DNA from: Alphaproteobacteria bacterium
Lineage (GTDB): Bacteria; Pseudomonadota; Alphaproteobacteria; JAAXGF01
NCBI GenBank assembly: GCA_963555825.3
Contig: CAUVXB020000001.1
Span: forward strand, 2,176,001 to 2,240,000
Length of the DNA: 64,000 bases
Direction: 5' to 3'
Shown: piece after piece, positions 33,995 through 48,099 of the stretch
Numbering within the stretch: position 1 is the stretch's first letter
Layout: each line of letters starts with the position of its first letter
Translations under genes and position numbers: made by a program
The notes under the pieces: model-generated
Seen by the model: only the letters and a program-made list of their open reading frames with translations
What the model was told of the DNA's origin: nothing
The model's database searches: none

Positions 33995-34578
33995 GCGAAG
34001 GCCACCGCGCGGCACTCGGTCACCAGCCAATCGAGCGGCTGGTCGTTGGTGTTCGTCGGCACCGACGCGATGCATTGTGCGTCGAAGCTTATGCCGACCG
34101 CGGTCACCGCCGAGCCGGCCGCGCGCAGGCCATCGAGCGTGCGGTCGTAGAAGCCGCCGCCATAGCCGAGCCGAAAACCGCGCGGATCGACCGCGAGCAG
34201 GGGCACCAGCAACAGGCTGGGCGTTACCTCGGCCGCCGCCTCGCCGGGCACCGAGGTGCCGAAGACGGCCGGCTCGAGGGTATCGCCCGGCCGCCAGCGC
34301 CGGAAGACGAGCGGCCGTCCCTTGCCGAGGACCACCGGCAGGCCGATCGGATGGCCGCGTGCGTCGAGCGCGCCGAGCAGCGGGCGCGCATCGAACTCGT
34401 CGTCCATCGGCCAATAGCCGGAAACGACACAACCGGGCGCCGGCGTGATCGCGTCGAAGAATTGGCTGACCGCGTGTTCGCCGGCATCGGGCGCGGCGGC
34501 GCGGGCTTCGCTCCGGCGCGCGCGGGTCTCGGCGCGCAGCAGGCGCTTCGCCTCGGCGGTCGGATCGGCGGTTGTCAT
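33991..34578 (-). CDS. ygfA: 5-formyltetrahydrofolate cyclo-ligase
   Basis: LVPLLA...RLGYGGGFYDRTL; lies downstream of ssrS. Confidence 0.93.
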   Translation of the reverse strand: MTTADPTAEAKRLLRAETRARRSEARAAAPDAGEHAVSQFFDAITPAPGCVVSGYWPMDDEFDARPLLGALDARGHPIGLPVVLGKGRPLVFRRWRPGDTLEPAVFGTSVPGEAAAEVTPSLLLVPLLAVDPRGFRLGYGGGFYDRTLDGLRAAGSAVTAVGISFDAQCIASVPTNTNDQPLDWLVTECRAVAFA

Positions 34579-34609
34579 CGGGACGCCGCCGAGCGGCGGT
34601 GGAAGTTGA

Positions 34610-34768
34610 GCGGGACCGCCTCGACCGTCGGCCTATGCAAGTCCTCTGTGGCCTGCTTGTGCAGGTGGGCGCCATATTCCGAAACCACGGCTCCGGAAGG
34701 GACAGCTCCCGTTTGGTCGATATTGGCCCCAGGGAATAATGCGACCTGACGTGCCGCGCAGTGCCCGC
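34610..34768 (-). ncRNA. ssrS: 6S RNA (boundaries approximate)
   Basis: Conserved zapA-ssrS-ygfA synteny; minus strand has TTCCCTGGGGCC...CGGGAGCTGTCCC...GGCGCCCACCT resembling alphaproteobacterial 6S. Confidence 0.85.
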
Positions 34769-34783
34769 CCATGCTTATCTTAA

Positions 34784-36425
34784 CCGACATTCCCCATATA
34801 CCATCCAAATTCGTGGAAATCGTACCACTTTCCCACCGCCAAGGGAACTGTATCCCCTATGCAGCCATCCGATGGCATGATTTTGGTAATCGGCCCGCGC
34901 TTGGAAGGCCACTCGGTCATTTTTCTCGCCATCCAGACACACCTCTCCTGTCGCTTTCTCCTCGCCGTCGATTCCCTCGGCCTACGCCGGAGCGGGTCTT
35001 CGTCGCAGATCATCAATCAAGCTCAGGATTTTCCGGAACAGGTCCCTCGGCACCGCCACCTCAGCCAATTGGAACGTAACGTAGCGGCCATGTCGGACAA
35101 CCTTGGCCCCGATCTTCACCAGCTTGTCGCGCAACGTCGTCATCGACCAGTGCTCCACCTCCTTCGGCAAAGCCAGTGTCCTCATGAAGTTGCCCAGATT
35201 GTAGGCCAGGGCGTGAAGCTGGAGCCGAACGGCATTGTTGCGGAACTTGCGACATGACAGACGGGTCCAGTTGATGGCGTTCTTGCCTTCCTTGATGTGC
35301 TGCTCCGCCGTGCCACGGTGATTATAGAACGCCACCACCCGCTTGGTAGGGCGCGACAGATTAGTGACGATGAAACCGACGCGAGGAACCAGCTCGCCGG
35401 GGTGCCACTCCACTTTGGCCACGACACGGCGCTTCTTGTTCCACGATCCGGCCTGATAGCTGAAGCTGGCGTGGAAACGGCGAACATGGTCGGGCGGGCG
35501 ACCGACAGGTCGCGTAAGCAGATGGGCAATGTTCCGCTGGAGAATCGCGTTCGCTTTGAGGCGGATGACGTAGAGTAATCCCTCGGCTTCGAGATATTCG
35601 TATATCTCCGGTGAGGCGAAGGCGGCATCGCCACGAAAATACAGCCGCACCTTCCTTTCCTTATAGCGCATCACCACCGGCTCCAGAACATTCCGCCATC
35701 CGTCGGCACTGTGAACATTACCGGGGCGCAGGGAACATCTCTCCAAGTCGCCGAACTGGTTGAACAGGAATAGCGGATGCTAGCAGGTACAGCCGAAGTG
35801 ACCATTGTACGCTGTTCCCTCTTGTTCGCCATGGGTCGGGCTGACGCTGCTGTCCATGTCGAGAATGATCATCTTCGGCGGATGGCGGTCATGAACCTTG
35901 TCGATCCACACCCCGTTCATGTCGACCAAGGCTTCAACGTTCTCGTCGGTGGCCAATAGCTCCGTCTCGAAGCGTCCCATCTGGCTGGTGGAAGCGGCCT
36001 GTCTTTCGATGGCCTTGCCGCCAACAATCCAGCGCATGGCGGGATCGCGTCCCAGACGGTCGGCGTCGTTCACATCGTCATAGCCGCCAAGGCGCCCGAA
36101 AACGGACTGGCGAAACTGACCCGTCATGCCGTGCCATCCGTTCTTGCCGGTACGGCTATCCTGGAAAACACCCTCGGCCATCTCAGTCAGGCCGAGGGCA
36201 TCGTCAAGCTCCCGGTAGGCGAGCAACCCGGCATCAGAGGTGATCTTGGAACCGTGGAATTCAAGCTTCAATCGACGGTCAAAAACGACCCGAAGGCACC
36301 CCGGTTTCGATTCACCCATCGGGTGTGCCATATCCGCCGCTCCATGTATGCTACAACTTCATGATTCTTATAGCAGAATCGCCTTCTCGCCGCACTGAAT
36401 ATCGACGATACTTGGGAAATGCGGG
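34784..36425 (-). mobile_element. IS1380-family element, copy 1
   Basis: Imperfect terminal IRs (CCCGCATTTCCC / CCGACATTCCCC); 5-bp TSD CTTAA at 34779-34783 and 36426-36430. Confidence 0.95.
34982..36331 (-). pseudogene. IS1380 DDE transposase with internal TAG (35780-35782)
   Basis: TSDAGLL, LDMDSS, GCTC*HPLF, RGDAAF, YNHRGTAEQHIKEGK. Confidence 0.92.
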
Positions 36426-36426
36426 C

Positions 36427-36768
36427 TTAAGCACTCTCGAGGTGGTCTGCAATATCCTCGATCCGACGGGCGATGGCCTCCATGACGGGCGCGACCGCGG
36501 CGTCGGGCTCCGGCGCCGTCGCTTTCTTCACCTTGGCCGCGGTGGCGCCCAGGCGGTCGATCTCGGCGCCGGCGTCGAACAGCTTGTCGCACAGCACCAG
36601 GCTCGCCATCACCATGAGCCGAAGGTCGCCGACGTTGCCAACGCTCTCGACCAGCTCGGCGACCCGGTCGTCGACATAGGCGCCGAGGCGCTTGATCCGC
36701 TCCTCCTCGCCGTCCTCGCAGGCGATGTTGTAGTCGCGGCCATTGACCGACAGCGTGACCTGGCCCAT
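36427..36768 (-). CDS. zapA: Cell division protein ZapA
   Basis: VNGRDYNIACEDGEE...RLMVMASL; synteny with ssrS. Confidence 0.93.
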   Translation of the reverse strand: MGQVTLSVNGRDYNIACEDGEEERIKRLGAYVDDRVAELVESVGNVGDLRLMVMASLVLCDKLFDAGAEIDRLGATAAKVKKATAPEPDAAVAPVMEAIARRIEDIADHLESA

Positions 36769-36769
36769 G

Positions 36770-37009
36770 TCAGCCCTCCAGAACGGTCTTGAGGTGCGCG
36801 ATCGCGGCGTCGAGCCGGCCCGTTGCCGTCTCGGTCACCTGCTCCAGCGCGGCGTAGTCGTTGCGTATCTTCTCAAGATCGGCGCTCAATTGCTGTTGAT
36901 CGCCCTGCGGCGCGCCCCCTGCGGTCGCTTGTTCCTTGAGCCTGCGCGCCGCGGCCTCAAGCCTGTCGAGTGCGGCCTCCAATTTTTGCTGTGCTTCTGT
37001 CGGGCTCAT
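36770..37009 (-). CDS. Small coiled-coil protein upstream of zapA (DUF4164-like)
   Basis: LEAALDRLEAA...RLDAAIAHLKTVL; conserved position in Alphaproteobacteria. Confidence 0.75.
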   Translation of the reverse strand: MSPTEAQQKLEAALDRLEAAARRLKEQATAGGAPQGDQQQLSADLEKIRNDYAALEQVTETATGRLDAAIAHLKTVLEG

Positions 37010-37208
37010 AATCAAACAATTTCAGTGTGTTACATTGAAACACTCATGCCTTGCTAAGGCTTTTAAGTCATATCGCACGGAACGCGCGGCGTCAATCGCG
37101 CCCGGTGAGCAGCGCCGGCCGCGCGGCGGCAACAAGCCGGTTGACGTTGCAGACGCGGGAAGCCATGGTGCGACGCGCCCGCGAGGCGCTCACCCTAACC
37201 CGGAATTC

Positions 37209-37453
37209 TCGCCATGGACAGGTGCGGCACGGCGGATATCGGACGACAGGCGAGGAAAAGCGCGCGGCGCGATGCTTGCGCATCGGGCAAACGCTTTGAC
37301 GCCGCCTGTCGTCCGATATCCACCGCCCTTCGGGTCGCGCCGGGCGGGCCGCCCGCGGCGTCGAAGGCCTTGCGCGTAGCCCAGGCTATGCGCGGCGGCC
37401 TTCTTCTGGCGGATCGGCGCCGCCCGACGCGATGACGCGCCTGTCCATGGTGA
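37209..37453. repeat. Nested inverted-repeat element upstream of tkt (MITE-like or structured RNA)
   Basis: Outer IR 37209-37226/37436-37453 (16/18 match); perfect 19-bp inner IR 37234-37252/37303-37321; further small hairpins. Confidence 0.75.
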
Positions 37454-37495
37454 CAAGGCCGGGCTAGACGCAACTGATCACGAATTTTCCCGCAT

Positions 37496-39502
37496 ATGAC
37501 GATGGCCCAATCCACTGACGAGGCTGCCGCCGTCGGCCACCACGAGATGGCCAACGCCATCCGCGCCCTGGCGATGGACGCGGTTCAGGCGGCCAATTCG
37601 GGCCACCCCGGCATGCCGATGGGCATGGCCGACGTGGCGACCGTCCTGTTCGACCAATTCCTCAAGTTCGATGCGAGCCGCCCCGACTGGCCCGACCGCG
37701 ACCGTTTCGTGCTGTCGGCCGGCCATGGCTCGATGCTGCTCTATTCGCTGCTCTATCTGACCGGTTACGAGAACATGACGATCGACCAGCTGCGCAGCTT
37801 CCGCCAGCTCGGCAGCCGCACGCCCGGCCACCCCGAATACGGCCATACGGCGGGCGTCGAGACGACCACCGGGCCGCTCGGCCAGGGCCTCGGCAACGCG
37901 GTCGGCATGGCGCTCGCCGAGCGTCACCTGGCGGCGCGTTTCGGGCCGGATGCGGTCGATCACCACACTTATGTCATCGCCAGCGACGGCGATTTGATGG
38001 AGGGCCTCAGTCACGAGGCGGCGTCGCTCGCCGGCCATCTGGGCCTCGGCAGGCTCATCGTGCTGTACGACGACAACGGCATTTCGATCGACGGCTCTAC
38101 CGCTCTATCGCTCTCTGACGATGCGCTCGGCCGCTTCGCGGCCTATGGCTGGGAGACGGCGGCCGTCGACGGCCACGATCCGGACGCGGTCGCCGCCGCG
38201 ATCGCCGCCGCGCGCGGCGGCGACCGGCCGTCGCTGATCGCCTGCCGCACGACGATCGGCTACGGCGCGCCGACCAAGGCGGGTACGGCGGCGGCCCACG
38301 GCGCGGCCTTGGGCGCGGACGAGATCGCCGGCGCGCGCGAAGCGCTCGGCTGGCCCCATCCACCGTTCGAGGTGCCCGACGACATATTGGCGCGCTGGCG
38401 TGACTGTGGCGCCCGGGGCGCTGGCGAGGCGGCGTCGTGGGACGCCCGCATCGCCGGCCTCGATGCCGCGACGCGCGCTGAATTCGAACGCGTCCAGCGG
38501 GGTGGCCTGCCGGACGGCTGGCACGACGTGGTCGTCGCGCACAAGGCGCGCCTCGCCGACGAGCGACCCACTTGGGCGACGCGCAAGGCGAGCCAGGAAG
38601 CGCTCGAGGTGCTGATTCCGGCGATCCCGGAGATGGTCGGCGGTTCGGCCGACTTGACCGGCTCGAACAACACCAAGGCGGGCAACATGGCGGCCATCTC
38701 GGCCGGCAGCTACGGCGGCCGCTACATCTATTACGGCGTTCGCGAGCACGGCATGGCGGCGGCCATGAACGGCATGGCGATCCACGGCGGCGTCATCCCC
38801 TACGGCGGCACCTTCCTGATGTTCACCGACTACTGCCGGCCGTCGATCCGCCTGGCGGCGCTCTCGGGGCTGCGCGTCGTTTATGTCATGACCCATGATT
38901 CGATCGGCCTCGGCGAAGACGGGCCGACGCACCAGCCGATCGAGCATCTCGCGTCGCTGCGCGCGATGCCCAACCTCAACGTCTTGCGCCCGGCCGACGC
39001 CATCGAGACCGTCGAGTGCTGGGCGCTCGCGCTCGCCGCGCCGCACACCCCCTCGGTCATCGTACTGACCCGCCAGGGTCTGGCCACGGTGCGCACCAGT
39101 CATACCGAGGAGAACCTCTGCGCGCGCGGCGGCTACACGCTCGCCGCAGCCGACGGCGCGGCGCGGGCAACGCTGATCGCGACCGGTTCCGAGGTCGGCG
39201 TCGCGCTCGCCGCGCGCGAGACGCTACAGGCCGAGGGCGTGCCGACCGACGTCGTCTCGCTGCCGTGCTGGGAGTTGTTCGACCGCCAGGACGCCGATTA
39301 TCGCGCCCAGGTGCTCGGCGCCGACACCGCGCGCGTCGCGGTCGAAGCGGCGGCGCCGTTCGGCTGGGAGCGCTATGTCGGCGACCGCGGCACGGTCATC
39401 GGCATGACGAGCTTCGGCGCCTCGGCGCCGGCCAAGGACCTGTTCGCCCACTTCGGCATCACCGCCGAGGCCGTCGTCGCCGCCGTCAAGGAACGGCTCT
39501 AG
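37496..39502 (+). CDS. tkt: Transketolase
   Basis: [34 protein letters not shown]. Confidence 0.98.
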   Translation: MTMAQSTDEAAAVGHHEMANAIRALAMDAVQAANSGHPGMPMGMADVATVLFDQFLKFDASRPDWPDRDRFVLSAGHGSMLLYSLLYLTGYENMTIDQLRSFRQLGSRTPGHPEYGHTAGVETTTGPLGQGLGNAVGMALAERHLAARFGPDAVDHHTYVIASDGDLMEGLSHEAASLAGHLGLGRLIVLYDDNGISIDGSTALSLSDDALGRFAAYGWETAAVDGHDPDAVAAAIAAARGGDRPSLIACRTTIGYGAPTKAGTAAAHGAALGADEIAGAREALGWPHPPFEVPDDILARWRDCGARGAGEAASWDARIAGLDAATRAEFERVQRGGLPDGWHDVVVAHKARLADERPTWATRKASQEALEVLIPAIPEMVGGSADLTGSNNTKAGNMAAISAGSYGGRYIYYGVREHGMAAAMNGMAIHGGVIPYGGTFLMFTDYCRPSIRLAALSGLRVVYVMTHDSIGLGEDGPTHQPIEHLASLRAMPNLNVLRPADAIETVECWALALAAPHTPSVIVLTRQGLATVRTSHTEENLCARGGYTLAAADGAARATLIATGSEVGVALAARETLQAEGVPTDVVSLPCWELFDRQDADYRAQVLGADTARVAVEAAAPFGWERYVGDRGTVIGMTSFGASAPAKDLFAHFGITAEAVVAAVKERL

Positions 39503-39521
39503 TATTCCCTGGCCCGATTAG

Positions 39522-41850
39522 GTGCAGGTGACCGACCTCGGCATCAACCAACCGGTCGAGCGGCGCGAGGACGCGCGGCTGCTGGCCGGGGCCGGTTCAT
39601 CGCCGACGCGCAGCCGCCCGGCACGGTGCATGGCGTCGTGTTGCGCTCGCCACACGGCCATGCCCGCATCGAAAACCTCGACGTCGGCGCGGCATCCACG
39701 GCGCCCGGCGTCCTCGCCGTCATCACCGCCGCCGACCTCGCCGCCGACGGTGTCGGTGAGAACCCGTTGTTGTTCAAGCCGCCGGTACGCGAGGGCACGG
39801 TATTCGTCGAACACCTGCCGCCGGTGCTCGCCGCCGAGGTCGTGCGTTTCGTCGGCGATGGCGTCGCCTTCGTCGTCGCCGAGACGCTCGATCAGGCGCG
39901 CGACGCCGCCGAGCTGGTCGAGGTCGACTACGCGCCGCTGCCCGCGATCGCCGATTACCAAGCGGCGGCGCGCGACGATGCGCCGGCCGTCTGGGACGAC
40001 GCCCCCGACAACATCGTCTTCACCTATGAGATCGGCGATCGGGCGGCGACCGACGCGGCGCTGGCCGCCGCCGCGCATTCGTCGAGCTCGAAGTCCTGAA
40101 CAACCGCGTCGTGGTCAACGCGATCGAGACGCGCGGCGCGATCGGCCAGTGGGACGCCGCGCGCGGCAAGTTCACCCTCGAGACCGGCACGCAGATGCCG
40201 AACCGCAAGAAGCTGCAGCTCACCGAGCATGTCTTCGACATCGACGCCGATGCGCTGCGTGTCGTCGTCAGCGACGTCGGCGGCGGCTTCGGCGGCAAGA
40301 ACACGTTGTATCCCGAGCACGTCCTGGTGCTCTACGCGGCGCGCCGGCTGGGCCGTCCGGTCTGCTGGATCGGCGAACGCGGCGAGGCCTTCACCGCCGA
40401 CTACCACGGCCGCGACAACCTGACGCGCGCCCGGCTCGCGCTCGACGGCGACGGACACATGCTCGGCATCGCGATCTCGACGCGCGCCAACATCGGCGCC
40501 TACACCTCCGACCGCGCGGCGATCGCGCCGGTCAACAGCGTCACCATGATCCCAAACATCTATCGCGTGCCGGCGCTCCACGCCGAGGTCCGCGGGGTCT
40601 ACACCAACACCCAGCCGACGACGGTCTACCGTGGCGCAGGCCGGCCCGAGGGCCTCTACCTGATCGAGCGGCTGATCGATGTCGCGGCGCACGACTTACG
40701 CATCGACCGGGTCGAATTGCGCCGCCGCAACCTGATCCCGGCCGACGCCCTGCCGCACCGGACGCCGACCGGCGTGACGTACGATACCGCCGACTTCGCC
40801 GCCATCATCGAGGCCGCGACGGAACGCGCCGACTGGGCGGGCGCCGCGGCGCGCAAGGCCGCGGCCGCCGAGCGCGGCAAGCTGCGCGGCATCGGCATGG
40901 CAAGCTATGTCGAGCGAACCGGCGGCGGCGCGGCGATGGGCGAGAGCGCGCGGATTTCTTTCGACGGCGACGGCAACGCCGCGGTCATGGTCGGCTCGAT
41001 GGCCAACGGCCAGGGACACGAGACGATGTTCAGCCAGATCGTCGCCGATCGCCTGGGTCTGCCGTTCGACAAGATCGCCATCGTCGAGGGCGACACCGAC
41101 CGGGTGGCGACCGGCTCGGGCACCGGCGGCTCGTGGTCGGCGGTGCTCGGCGGCGGCGCGATCTGGCTGGCCGCCGAGCGCATCGTCGACACGGGCCGTG
41201 TGATCGCCGCCCATCTGCTGCAGGCATCGTCCGGCGAAATCGAGTTTGACAGGGGCGTCTTCCGGGTCGCCGGGACCGACCGGTCCGTGACGCTCGAGGC
41301 GGTCGCCCGGGCCGCACAGGATCCCGCCAGCCTGCCGCCGGATAGTGCGCCCGGCCTCGACGAGACGGCCCGCTTCACGCCCACCGATCACACCTACCCA
41401 TACGGCTGCCACGTCTGCGAGGTCGAGATCGACCGCGAGACCGGCACTGTCGAGATCATCGGCTACACCGCGGTGCACGACTTCGGCGTGGCGCTCAACC
41501 CGTTGATGCTGGCCGGCCAATTCCATGGCGGCGTCGCGCAAGGGCTCGGCCAGGCGCTACACGAGCACACCGCATACGACGCCGACGGCCAGGTGCTGAG
41601 CGGCTCGTTCATGGACTACCGCCTGCCGCGCGCCGACGACCTGCCGGCATTCGACTACGTCATGCAGCAGACGCCGGCCGCGCAGAACCCGATGGGCATC
41701 AAGGGCGGCGCCGAATCGGGCGCCGCCGGCGCGCCGCCGGCCGCGGTCAACGCAGTGGTCGACGCGCTCGCCCCGTTCGGCGTCCGCCACCTCGACATGC
41801 CGGCGACGCCCGAGAAGATCTGGCGGCTGATCCAGAGCGGCGAAGGATAG
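39522..41850 (+). pseudogene. Xanthine dehydrogenase/CoxL-like molybdenum subunit with two frameshifts (~39593, ~40078)
   Basis: RREDARLL, RSPHGHARI, DVGGGFGGK, YRGAGRPE, GQGHET spread over three frames. Confidence 0.88.
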
Positions 41851-41969
41851 TCAACGGCGTCCGGTTGGGTCGTCGCCCTATTGGCTCTACATCGCTGTTG
41901 ACCCACGGCGGCGAGGCGTCTAGACCAGCGGCGCACGCCACAACTCGCTATGTCTCCAGGAGAAAGTGA

Positions 41970-42971
<1,002 letters not shown>

Positions 42972-42974
<3 letters not shown>

Positions 42975-43122
42975 TGCGTCAGCCGAACACACGGCCGGCA
43001 TCTACCAGCCTGCGACTGCAGGCCGCCGACCGTTCGGCCAGTCTTGATCCGATAAGATTGGCATGCGCGGCGATTGAGCGCAGGTCATCTTCACAGCGTG
43101 AAGGTGACCGGAAACCAAACTA
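42972..43122 (+). repeat. Intergenic structured repeat, copy 2 of 3
   Basis: Fills the gap-pgk spacer; same core as the 14.95-kb copy. Confidence 0.8.
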
Positions 43123-44316
<1,194 letters not shown>

Positions 44317-44328
44317 TCCGGTTCGCCG

Positions 44329-44769
44329 ATGGGCCGGCCCGTCATCGTCTTCCACAACCTCGAACACGCCCGCGCCGCGCTCGCCGGCGCGGTCGAGGCG
44401 GATGTCGCGATCACCCTGCGCAGCGCGCCCGGCGCCGCGGCCTACGCCGGCGCCGGCTATCTCAAGGCGATCGCCGACGCCGCCACCAAAGGCCACCCGG
44501 ACGCCCGAGTGACCTGGGTCATCGACTGCGGCGCCGACGCCGGTACGGCGCTCGGCGCGCTGCGCATCGGCTGGCAACGCGTGCGCTTTTCGGGCCCCGA
44601 TTCACTGCGTGAAAAACTCACCGACATTGCCGCCCAACAGGATGCCACGGTAACCGGCGAGACCACCGGCGAGACGGTTCTCGACCTCCTCGACACTACC
44701 GGCCCAGAAGCAACCTGCCTGGCCTTCCTCGACAAAGCACGGGCCCGCGACCCATCCAGCAAAGGTTGA
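44329..44769 (+). CDS. Hypothetical protein downstream of pgk
   Basis: SAPGAAAYAG...IDCGADAG.AL.ALR.G; host-like codon usage. Confidence 0.75.
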   Translation: MGRPVIVFHNLEHARAALAGAVEADVAITLRSAPGAAAYAGAGYLKAIADAATKGHPDARVTWVIDCGADAGTALGALRIGWQRVRFSGPDSLREKLTDIAAQQDATVTGETTGETVLDLLDTTGPEATCLAFLDKARARDPSSKG

Positions 44770-45183
44770 TCGAGCCGAATAAAAATGCAAAAATTGCATG
44801 GTGATGCTTGTTCATCAATCGGCACCGGGGGATAAAAGGATATACTCGCAATTCGATACGATCTATCGGTCTGGTGACCGTTGGCCGAAATTGTGCTTGC
44901 GGCCCACGGAGTAGAACCGTCAGTGCTTTTTGTTTGAAAAATGAAATCAGGGAACGAAAATGCGAAAAGAAAACGTTAAAGAATATGAGCTGTTGCGGCG
45001 CGAAGTTCAAGATGTGAAAAATTGTATAACCAGCTACATGGGGTTTTCCCTTGGTGGATCGGCTTTTGCGTTCATCATAATTGATAACACCCGCATTTCC
45101 CAAGTATCGTCGATATTCAGTGCGGCGAGAAGGCGATTCTGCTATAAGAATCATGAAGTTGTAGCATACATGGAGCGGCGGAT

Positions 45184-46533
45184 ATGGCACACCCGATGGG
45201 TGAATCGAAACCGGGGTGCCTTCGGGTCGTTTTTGACCGTCGATTGAAGCTTGAATTCCACGGTTCCAAGATCACCTCTGATGCCGGGTTGCTCGCCTAC
45301 CGGGAGCTTGACGATGCCCTCGGCCTGACTGAGATGGCCGAGGGTGTTTTCCAGGATAGCCGTACCGGCAAGAACGGATGGCACGGCATGACGGGTCAGT
45401 TTCGCCAGTCCGTTTTCGGGCGCCTTGGCGGCTATGACGATGTGAACGACGCCGACCGTCTGGGACGCGATCCCGCCATGCGCTGGATTGTTGGCGGCAA
45501 GGCCATCGAAAGACAGGCCGCTTCCACCAGCCAGATGGGACGCTTCGAGACGGAGCTATTGGCCACCGACGAGAGCGTTGAAGCCTTGGTCGACATGAAC
45601 GGGGTGTGGATCGACAAGGTTCATGACCGCCATCCGCCGAAGATGATCATTCTCGACATGGACAGCAGCGTCAGCCCGACCCATGGCGAACAAGAGGGAA
45701 CAGCGTACAATGGTCACTTCGGCTGTACCTGCTAGCATCCGCTATTCCTGTTCAACCAGTTCGGCGACTTGGAGAGATGTTCCCTGCGCCCCGGTAATGT
45801 TCACAGTGCCGACGGATGGCGGAATGTTCTGGAGCCGGTGGTGATGCGCTATAAGGAAAGGAAGGTGCGGCTGTATTTTCGTGGCGATGCCGCCTTCGCC
45901 TCACCGGAGATATACGAATATCTCGAAGCCGAGGGATTACTCTACGTCATCCGCCTCAAAGCGAACGCGATTCTCCAGCGGAACATTGCCCATCTGCTTA
46001 CGCGACCTGTCGGTCGCCCGCCCGACCATGTTCGCCGTTTCCACGCCAGCTTCAGCTATCAGGCCGGATCGTGGAACAAGAAGCGCCGTGTCGTGGCCAA
46101 AGTGGAGTGGCACCCCGGCGAGCTGGTTCCTCGCGTCGGTTTCATCGTCACTAATCTGTCGCGCCCTACCAAGCGGGTGGTGGCGTTCTATAATCACCGT
46201 GGCACGGCGGAGCAGCACATCAAGGAAGGCAAGAACGCCATCAACTGGACCCGTCTGTCATGTCGCAAGTTCCGCAACAATGCCGTTCGGCTCCAGCTTC
46301 ACGCCCTGGCCTACAATCTGGGCAACTTCATGAGGACACTGGCTTTGCCGAAGGAGGTGGAGCACTGGTCGATGACGACGTTGCGCGACAAGCTGGTGAA
46401 GATCGGGGCCAAGGTTGTCCGACATGGCCGCTACGTTACGTTCCAATTGGCTGAGGTGGCGGTGCCGAGGGACCTGTTCCGGAAAATCCTGAGCTTGATT
46501 GATGATCTGCGACGAAGACCCGCTCCGGCGTAG
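45184..46533 (+). pseudogene. IS1380 transposase with the same internal TAG (45733-45735)
   Basis: Translation equals copy 1 except one N/S change. Confidence 0.92.
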
Positions 46534-46649
46534 GCCGAGGGAATCGACGGCGAGGAGAAAGCGACAGGAGAGGTGTGTCTGGATGGCGAGAAAAATGACC
46601 GAGTGGCCTTCCAAGCGCGGGCCGATTACCAAAATCATGCCATCGGATG

Positions 46650-48099
46650 GGCGATGTCCCTATCTCTGTTGAAATTCGTGGGGCAGGCGTCGCTGGTTGA
46701 TGATGCTATGCTGCCTTCATGATGGTTTCAATGGCACTGTCGGCCTGAGCCTTTCTCAAGTGTTCCTGGAGAGCATTTCGGAGGATGGGCAGCTGACGAT
46801 AGGCCTTGAGGCGACGGAAGGTTTTCTGGGCCTCCAGCAGGCCGGCGGCGGTCCATCTGAGCGCCATCTCGGCGTGTCTCCAGCGTTTGACGTTGCGGGT
46901 GACCTGGCGCACCGTGCCGAGCGCGTTCTCGACGATGTTGGTGCAGGCGAGCGAGCGCCGGAGTTCGTGCGGCAGGCCGAGGCGGATGACGGTGAGGATC
47001 TCGTCCAGCCCCTCCAGGATGCTGCCCGAGACGCCCGGTTCCTCATGCTCCAGACGCCGGGCCAGGTTGCGCAGCAGCCGTTCGGCCTTGTCTGCGTCGT
47101 CCTGGTCCCAGGCCTGACGGAGCGCCTTCTTGACGCTCGCATGCAAATGCAGGGGCAGGCGCTCGATGATGTTACGGCCCTTGTGGACCTGGCAGCGCTG
47201 GATGGCGGCGGCCACACCGAAGGTGTTGCGGATCGCTTTGCTGAGCGCCTTCGCGCCATCGACGATGAACAGCCGGGGCAGCGTCGGATCGAGCCCCCTG
47301 GCGAGGAGATTGTCGAGCAAGGCCTGGACGACGACAGTGTTCTCCGTCGCCCCCTCGACCACGGCCAGGACATGCTTGTCGCCGTTGCCATCGACGCCGA
47401 TCGCCGCCACCAAGACATGGTCGCCGACATGCAGACCGTCGATCTGGATGACCAGCAGGTCGAGCTCCGAGAGGTCCGAGGCGAGCCAGGCCTTCATCTT
47501 CTTGCGCGACAGCGCCACAAAGCGCCGGGAAACGGCCGACTTCGAGGTGCCGTCGCCACGCGCTTTCGCCAGGTCGCCCTCGGGCAGACGGACCGCGCGG
47601 TGGTACTTGCGGGTCGACACGTTCAGGACCATCAGGTTGAGCGCCCACTCGAGCAACAGGTTGCCGTCGCGCAGCACCTGCCAGCTCTCCAAACCCACCT
47701 CCTTGCCAGCATGGTCGCGAACCCGTGGCCGCTGCACTTTCACGCGGCCGCCGTGGTAGCCGATCTCGCTCTGCGTATGGCCCCAGCGATAACCCCGACG
47801 GTTCCCATGGCGACGATGTCGGGCCCCGCACACGGTCGTGGCGTCCTCCTCCATCATCTCGGCCAAGGCCTCGACCCCGGCCAGGAGACAGAACCGATCC
47901 ACGCTGAGACGGACTGCGTCCATCGCGTCTGCCAGCGGCGGCATAGGAAACGAGGTGGCAAGGGCTTTCGGGCTACTGGAACTACGGATATTCTTTCCCA
48001 TGGTGTCGTTCTCCCTCTTGGGTTTGCAGCACCCGGAGCCTAACGGCTCCAGGAGAGCGACACCTACCTCAACTTTTCAACATCGACCGGGACATCTCC
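46650..48099 (-). mobile_element. IS256-family element
   Basis: IRs GGCGATGTCCC / GGGACATCTCC; 8-bp TSD ATCGGATG at 46642-46649 and 48100-48107. Confidence 0.95.
46706..48001 (-). CDS. IS256 (mutator-type) transposase
   Basis: IQIDG, FIVDGAKAL, QRCQVHK, TNIVE. Confidence 0.95.
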   Translation of the reverse strand: MGKNIRSSSSPKALATSFPMPPLADAMDAVRLSVDRFCLLAGVEALAEMMEEDATTVCGARHRRHGNRRGYRWGHTQSEIGYHGGRVKVQRPRVRDHAGKEVGLESWQVLRDGNLLLEWALNLMVLNVSTRKYHRAVRLPEGDLAKARGDGTSKSAVSRRFVALSRKKMKAWLASDLSELDLLVIQIDGLHVGDHVLVAAIGVDGNGDKHVLAVVEGATENTVVVQALLDNLLARGLDPTLPRLFIVDGAKALSKAIRNTFGVAAAIQRCQVHKGRNIIERLPLHLHASVKKALRQAWDQDDADKAERLLRNLARRLEHEEPGVSGSILEGLDEILTVIRLGLPHELRRSLACTNIVENALGTVRQVTRNVKRWRHAEMALRWTAAGLLEAQKTFRRLKAYRQLPILRNALQEHLRKAQADSAIETIMKAA

